Part shown: positions 59,883 through 64,000 of the stretch, in pieces
Layout: each line of letters starts with the position of its first letter
Numbering within the stretch: position 1 is the first letter of the stretch
Assembly (NCBI GenBank): GCA_963806035.1
Contig: CAWDWO010000035.1
Location: forward strand, 1 to 64,000
Reading direction: 5' to 3'
Source of the DNA: Candidatus Krumholzibacteriota bacterium
GTDB taxonomy: Bacteria > Krumholzibacteriota > Krumholzibacteriia > JAJRXK01
Length of the DNA stretch: 64,000 nt
Position numbers and translations under genes: made by a program
The notes under the pieces: generated by a model
The model's database searches: none
What the model was told of the DNA's origin: nothing
What the model saw: the letters and a program-made list of their open reading frames with translations, nothing else

Positions 59883-61386
59883 CTTCGGCTCCCTTCTCCT
59901 CGGTCACGATGGTTCCGACGGTCAGATTCTTCTCGATCAGATAGGTCTTACACAGACGCTGGAGGTCGTCCAGGGTCACCGCGTCGACCTCGCTGGGATA
60001 GCTCAGGGCCTTCTGCCAGTCCCCCAGAATGACCTGGGCGCTGCACAGAGTCTGCGCCATGCCGGTGTCGGAACGCACCTGGCGGATCCAATTGGCCTTC
60101 AGGCGGGTCTTCGCTCCCTCGAGCTCTTCGGCGGTGATGTCGCCGGATTTCGCCTTGTCGAATTCCTTCAAAATGCTGCTCTCGCACTGGGCTGCGGTAA
60201 AGCCCTTGGCGGGCACGGCGAAAGTGAGAAAAAGCCCCGGGTAGAGCTGTCCGGGGAAGCCGGTGAAGGCGCCGACGCTCACCGCCGACTGCTCCTCCTT
60301 CACGAGCTTCTTGTAGAGGCGGCTGCTGCGGCCGTTGGCCAGGACTTCGGTCAGGACGTCGAAGGCCGCATCGTCGGGACTCGAGGCCGCGGGCTTGTGA
60401 TAGCCCATGACCAGGAGCGGTTGACCCGGGTCCTTCAGGGTCACGGTACGCTCGGCGATTTGCGGGGGCTCGACGGTCCGGACCGGTTCGGGAACGGGAG
60501 CCGCTTTCCACGGACCAAAGTACTTCTTCGCGAGTGACTGTACTTCCTTGGGGTCGACGTCACCCACCAAACACATGACCACGTTGCCCGGCACGTAGTA
60601 CTTCGCGTGGAACTTGAGCGCGTCCTTGCGCGTGAAGGCCTCGAGATCGCTCATGTGTCCGACGGTGGGCTGCCCGTAGGGATGCGCCTTGTAGGCGGTG
60701 GTGATGAACTCCTCGAGCAAACGGCCAAAGGAACTGGACTCGGTGCGCATGCGGCGCTCTTCTTCCACCACGTCCCGTTCCTTGTAGAACTCGCGCAGGA
60801 CGGGATGGATGTAGCGCTGCGACTCGAGATAGGCCCACAGCTGCAGCTTGTTGCTGGGGAGATTGTAAAAATAGGTCGTCACGTCCGACGCGGTGGACGC
60901 GTTGAGACCGGTGCCTCCCGCCTGCTCGACGATGCTTCCGAATTCGTTCTTGACCACGTATTCATCCGCGGCTTCCTCGGCCTTCTGCATCGCCTCTTTG
61001 GCCTTGGCGATCTCTTCGTCGGAGGCGCCCTTCAACTTGGTCTGCCACCAAGCGGCCTGCGCCTCGTCCACGGCGTCGAGCGCCTTCTTCTCTTTGGAGT
61101 AGTCCTTGGTACCGATGACGTCGGTACCTTTGAATGCCATGTGTTCGAACATGTGCGCCAAGCCGGTGATGCCGGGAACTTCGTTCACCGATCCGACTTT
61201 GCACATGGAGACGTAGCTGAAAACGGGGGAATCGTGGCGCTCCACCACGATGAACTTCAGGCCGTTGTCCAGCGTGAATGTGCTGATATCCTTCTCCAGT
61301 TTGGCGATGTCCTGGGCCGGAGCCGCAATGGCACCGAACACGAGCATCGTCAAAAGAAGAAGCGAAGTCAGGAGTGCGCGTCGCAT
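59872..61386 (-). CDS. M16 (pitrilysin-family) zinc peptidase catalytic subunit
   Basis: GLAHMFEHMAFKGT, NASTA.D.T.Y, ERDVVEEERR, SSRLYK.LV; start MRRALL at 61386 after GAGGAG. Confidence 0.92.
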   Translation of the reverse strand: MRRALLTSLLLLTMLVFGAIAAPAQDIAKLEKDISTFTLDNGLKFIVVERHDSPVFSYVSMCKVGSVNEVPGITGLAHMFEHMAFKGTDVIGTKDYSKEKKALDAVDEAQAAWWQTKLKGASDEEIAKAKEAMQKAEEAADEYVVKNEFGSIVEQAGGTGLNASTASDVTTYFYNLPSNKLQLWAYLESQRYIHPVLREFYKERDVVEEERRMRTESSSFGRLLEEFITTAYKAHPYGQPTVGHMSDLEAFTRKDALKFHAKYYVPGNVVMCLVGDVDPKEVQSLAKKYFGPWKAAPVPEPVRTVEPPQIAERTVTLKDPGQPLLVMGYHKPAASSPDDAAFDVLTEVLANGRSSRLYKKLVKEEQSAVSVGAFTGFPGQLYPGLFLTFAVPAKGFTAAQCESSILKEFDKAKSGDITAEELEGAKTRLKANWIRQVRSDTGMAQTLCSAQVILGDWQKALSYPSEVDAVTLDDLQRLCKTYLIEKNLTVGTIVTEEKGAEDAS

Positions 61387-61525
61387 CTGCCCTCCTCTGG
61401 GTTGAATCGTTCGTGGGGTCGAAGAAAAAGTGGCGGCGCGAGCGCGAGATGCAAATCTCTCTCGCCGGTCGTGCCCGGAAGCAAAGTAGGGTACCAACGC
61501 ATCCCGCCGGTGGTCAAAGGTAGAA

Positions 61526-62128
61526 TCATGTTCGTTTGCCGGAGACGAAGGGGGAATCCGGGTAGAAGAAACGCAAGCGAAGCTGCCTTCCTTCCCGCAC
61601 TCCGATGCGGCTGGAGCGGGCCACGCGCTTCGGCGTCTCAAAGGGCCAGATTCCCAGCTCATCCCGCGTGAGATCCAGGCCGTTGTGGCGCAAATCCAGG
61701 CCCAGGGCCTGACAGAGCTTGGCCGGACCGTTCGCGATCTCCACGCCCTTGCGTCCGCGCCGCGCTCCCATCAGTTCCGCGCCCTGAAGCGCTTCTCCGG
61801 CGCGCAGCAGAACCGCTCCCGCAACGCCCTTCTTCTCGGCCACCACGTTCGAGCAGTAGTGCATGCCGTAGGTGAAGTACACGTAGAGATGACCCGGAGT
61901 TGCAAACATCTGCTCGTTGCGCGCGGTTCTGCCGCGGAAGGCGTGGCTCGCGGGATCGTCGCCCACCCCCAGATAGGCCTCCACCTCGACGAGTTTGATG
62001 GCCAGAGTGAGGCCGCCGACGCGGAGAACCAGGGCGCAGCCCAGAAGATCGGGCGCGAGCTCCTCCGCGCTGCGCGCAAAGAAGCGCCGGCCCAATCGCC
62101 GGTACGCGGGAAACCCGCCGCGCCCCAT
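61526..62128 (-). CDS. mpg: DNA-3-methyladenine glycosylase (AAG/MPG family)
   Basis: VEVEAY, DPASH, YVYFTYGMHYC, AVLLRA, NGPAKLC, RIG. Confidence 0.93.
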   Translation of the reverse strand: MGRGGFPAYRRLGRRFFARSAEELAPDLLGCALVLRVGGLTLAIKLVEVEAYLGVGDDPASHAFRGRTARNEQMFATPGHLYVYFTYGMHYCSNVVAEKKGVAGAVLLRAGEALQGAELMGARRGRKGVEIANGPAKLCQALGLDLRHNGLDLTRDELGIWPFETPKRVARSSRIGVREGRQLRLRFFYPDSPFVSGKRT

Positions 62129-62973
62129 CAGTTGATCACGTACTCCTTGCGCCCGAAGATCAGTCCGCCGAGAAAAGTGAAGAGGGTCACCACCGCGAGA
62201 AGAATGAACAGAGAACCCCAGAGGGGAAGACTGTATTCCACCGAGAGCAGGCCCCGGACGAAATCCGTGAGCGAGGCCTGGACGTCTTGCCGGCTCACGA
62301 TGAGATTGCGCAGGTGCCATTCGAGGGTCCACATCTGCAGGCGCATCGGCGCCACGCTGACCGTACTCTCCCACGCGAAGATGTAGAGGATCCCCCAGAT
62401 GAGCGGCCGCTTGAAGACGGTGCCCATGAACGCGAAGATGGCCGTGTAGCAGAAGACGGCCAAGAGGATCACCAGGAAGTAATTGGTGTAGACCTCGACG
62501 AAATCGAGATTGATGGCCTGGGAGTTCCCCACCACCATCAAGAGGAAGCAGACGGCCAAGGAGGCGGTCAGCACCAGAGCCGAGATACTCTGCACCGCGA
62601 GCAGGCGACCGGCGTACACCGCCCCGCGGGAGAGCGGGCGGGTGAAGAGATAGGTGATGGTCCTCCCCTCCACCTCGTCATGAATCGTGGGAACACCGAA
62701 GAAGAGACTCACCAGGTAGACCAGCGCCTTGAGGTAGACCAGACCTCCGATGTTGGCGAAAAACTCCGTGGGCGAGATCTGCTTGGTCCCGTACACGCGC
62801 CAGATGATCGTGAGCACGAGCGGAAAGACCACGGCCATCCCCAAAAAGACGAGTCGCTTACGCCGCACCAATTCCTTCACGGCGGCGTTGTACACCAGGC
62901 CGATGGTCAGAGAGGGTTCGAGCGTCACCGGCGGCTTGTCGGCGTAAGCTTGCTGGAGTTCTCTTGTGTTCAC
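62128..62973 (-). CDS. ABC-2 type transporter permease
   Basis: Six TM helices, DEVEGRTITYLFTRP; GTG start overlaps the ATPase stop. Confidence 0.85.
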   Translation of the reverse strand: MNTRELQQAYADKPPVTLEPSLTIGLVYNAAVKELVRRKRLVFLGMAVVFPLVLTIIWRVYGTKQISPTEFFANIGGLVYLKALVYLVSLFFGVPTIHDEVEGRTITYLFTRPLSRGAVYAGRLLAVQSISALVLTASLAVCFLLMVVGNSQAINLDFVEVYTNYFLVILLAVFCYTAIFAFMGTVFKRPLIWGILYIFAWESTVSVAPMRLQMWTLEWHLRNLIVSRQDVQASLTDFVRGLLSVEYSLPLWGSLFILLAVVTLFTFLGGLIFGRKEYVIN

Positions 62974-63935
62974 CTGCCGTCCTCCACCAAGTACTCGAAC
63001 AGACTCTTGAGATTGTCGTCCAGGGTGGTCCACGAACGGACCCCCATTTCCGGGCGCAACGCGAACTCGGGCAGCATCCGGTAGACTTCGCGCGGCAGAT
63101 CCGACTCGAGCAGAAGAGAATGCTCCGAACTCACGCGCAGCCCCTGGACGTCCTTCAAGGTGATGAATTCCGTGGCCAGGGCCCGCGGCGATTCGCAGTG
63201 CACCTCGATGCGGTGCGGATGGCGTTCGATCGCGTCGCGAATTTCCCCGATGTCCCCGTCCGCCAGGATCTGACCGCGGTGGATGAGCAGAATGCGCGAA
63301 GTCATCGCCTCGACCTCGTGCAGAATGTGGCTACTCACCATGACCGTCTTGCCCTCCGCCCCCAACTCCTTGATGAGATCCATGGATTCCTTGCGGCTCA
63401 CCGGATCCATTCCGTTAAAAGGCTCGTCGAGGAAGAGGATCTGTGGGTCGTGGGCGAGCGCCTGGGCGAGCTTGATCTTCTGACGCATGCCCTTGGAGTA
63501 GCCCTTCACGCGCCGGTCCGCCGCCTCCAAGAGGTGCGTGCGCTGCAACGCCCGCTGCGTCCGCTCGTTCGCTTCGTCCTTGGTGAAACCCTGCAGGCGA
63601 GTGAGATAGACCAGCATTTCGCGCCCGGTCATCGATTCGTAGAGCGCATCGGGTTCGGCCAAGAATCCGATGAGCCGGTAGAGCCCGCGGTGGTGCGCCA
63701 GATCGTGGCCGCACACGCGGACCACTCCCGCGCTCGGCTTGAGTTGACCGGCCATGAGCTTGAAGAGAGTGCTCTTGCCCGCGCCGTTGAGTCCCAGGAG
63801 CCCGGTCACGCCCGGGCTCACGTCCACCGTGAGGTCGTTCACCCCGATGACCTGCCCGTACCAACGGGACAGGTTCTGTGTCTTCAACACCACCAGAGAA
63901 GTATCGGGCGGGGCTGTGGGTGGGGCCTGAATCAA
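62970..63935 (-). CDS. ABC transporter ATP-binding protein
   Basis: GLNGAGKST, YSKGMRQK, FLDEP, SSH. Confidence 0.95.
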   Translation of the reverse strand: MIQAPPTAPPDTSLVVLKTQNLSRWYGQVIGVNDLTVDVSPGVTGLLGLNGAGKSTLFKLMAGQLKPSAGVVRVCGHDLAHHRGLYRLIGFLAEPDALYESMTGREMLVYLTRLQGFTKDEANERTQRALQRTHLLEAADRRVKGYSKGMRQKIKLAQALAHDPQILFLDEPFNGMDPVSRKESMDLIKELGAEGKTVMVSSHILHEVEAMTSRILLIHRGQILADGDIGEIRDAIERHPHRIEVHCESPRALATEFITLKDVQGLRVSSEHSLLLESDLPREVYRMLPEFALRPEMGVRSWTTLDDNLKSLFEYLVEDGR

Positions 63936-64000
63936 AGCACGACCTCCACCGGACGGATTCGTTTGCGCAAGATGAGATAGCAGACCGCGCCCACCACCAG
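63932..64000 (-). CDS. C-terminus of an upstream membrane protein (probable ABC permease), truncated by window
   Basis: ...LVVGAVCYLILRKRIRPVEVVL* with its TGA overlapping the TTG start of the ATPase. Confidence 0.6.
   Translation of the reverse strand: MVVGAVCYLILRKRIRPVEVVL

Overview
GC-rich bacterial chromosomal window, mostly housekeeping genes. The FlgD-Ig-like 'PNPFNP' C-terminal domain, the porX-like/tsaE/tsaB synteny and the Bacteroidota-type LptD suggest an FCB-group lineage such as Krumholzibacteriota, Latescibacterota or Eisenbacteria; this is inference only. Gene content: an RND efflux pair, a 4-hydroxybenzoyl-CoA-reductase-like Mo/FAD/FeS operon, an M1 aminopeptidase, feoAB, alr, a tandem double-Fur, a heavily frameshifted prkA-yeaH-spoVR operon, a 1441-aa TPR/sigma54 activator, CBS/CGL, dnaQ-like, HU, OstA-LptD, ROK, folC, accD, rimI, tsaB/E, a PorX-like two-component system, serS, pyrF/E, an M16 peptidase pair, mpg and an ABC transporter. 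Most notable observations: (1) A selenoprotein missed by the ORF track at 38937-37579 (-). It has a signal peptide, a C-G-UGA motif followed by a SECIS-like hairpin, a UshA-like domain and a tetraheme cytochrome c domain. (2) A single-chain two-domain Fur, with matching 19-bp boxes at its own promoter and at feoAB. (3) A sigma54/IHF promoter pointing at an ORF-less structured RNA just downstream of the giant activator, plus a second sigma54 promoter for prkA. (4) Two more candidate structured ncRNAs at 11.6-12.4 kb and 57.6 kb. (5) A GT-C glycosyltransferase-VanY fusion and an OstA-LptD fusion. Several indels (folC, porX, and dense at 21.2-24.7 kb) look like consensus errors. No rRNA, tRNA, CRISPR array or intact transposase was seen.
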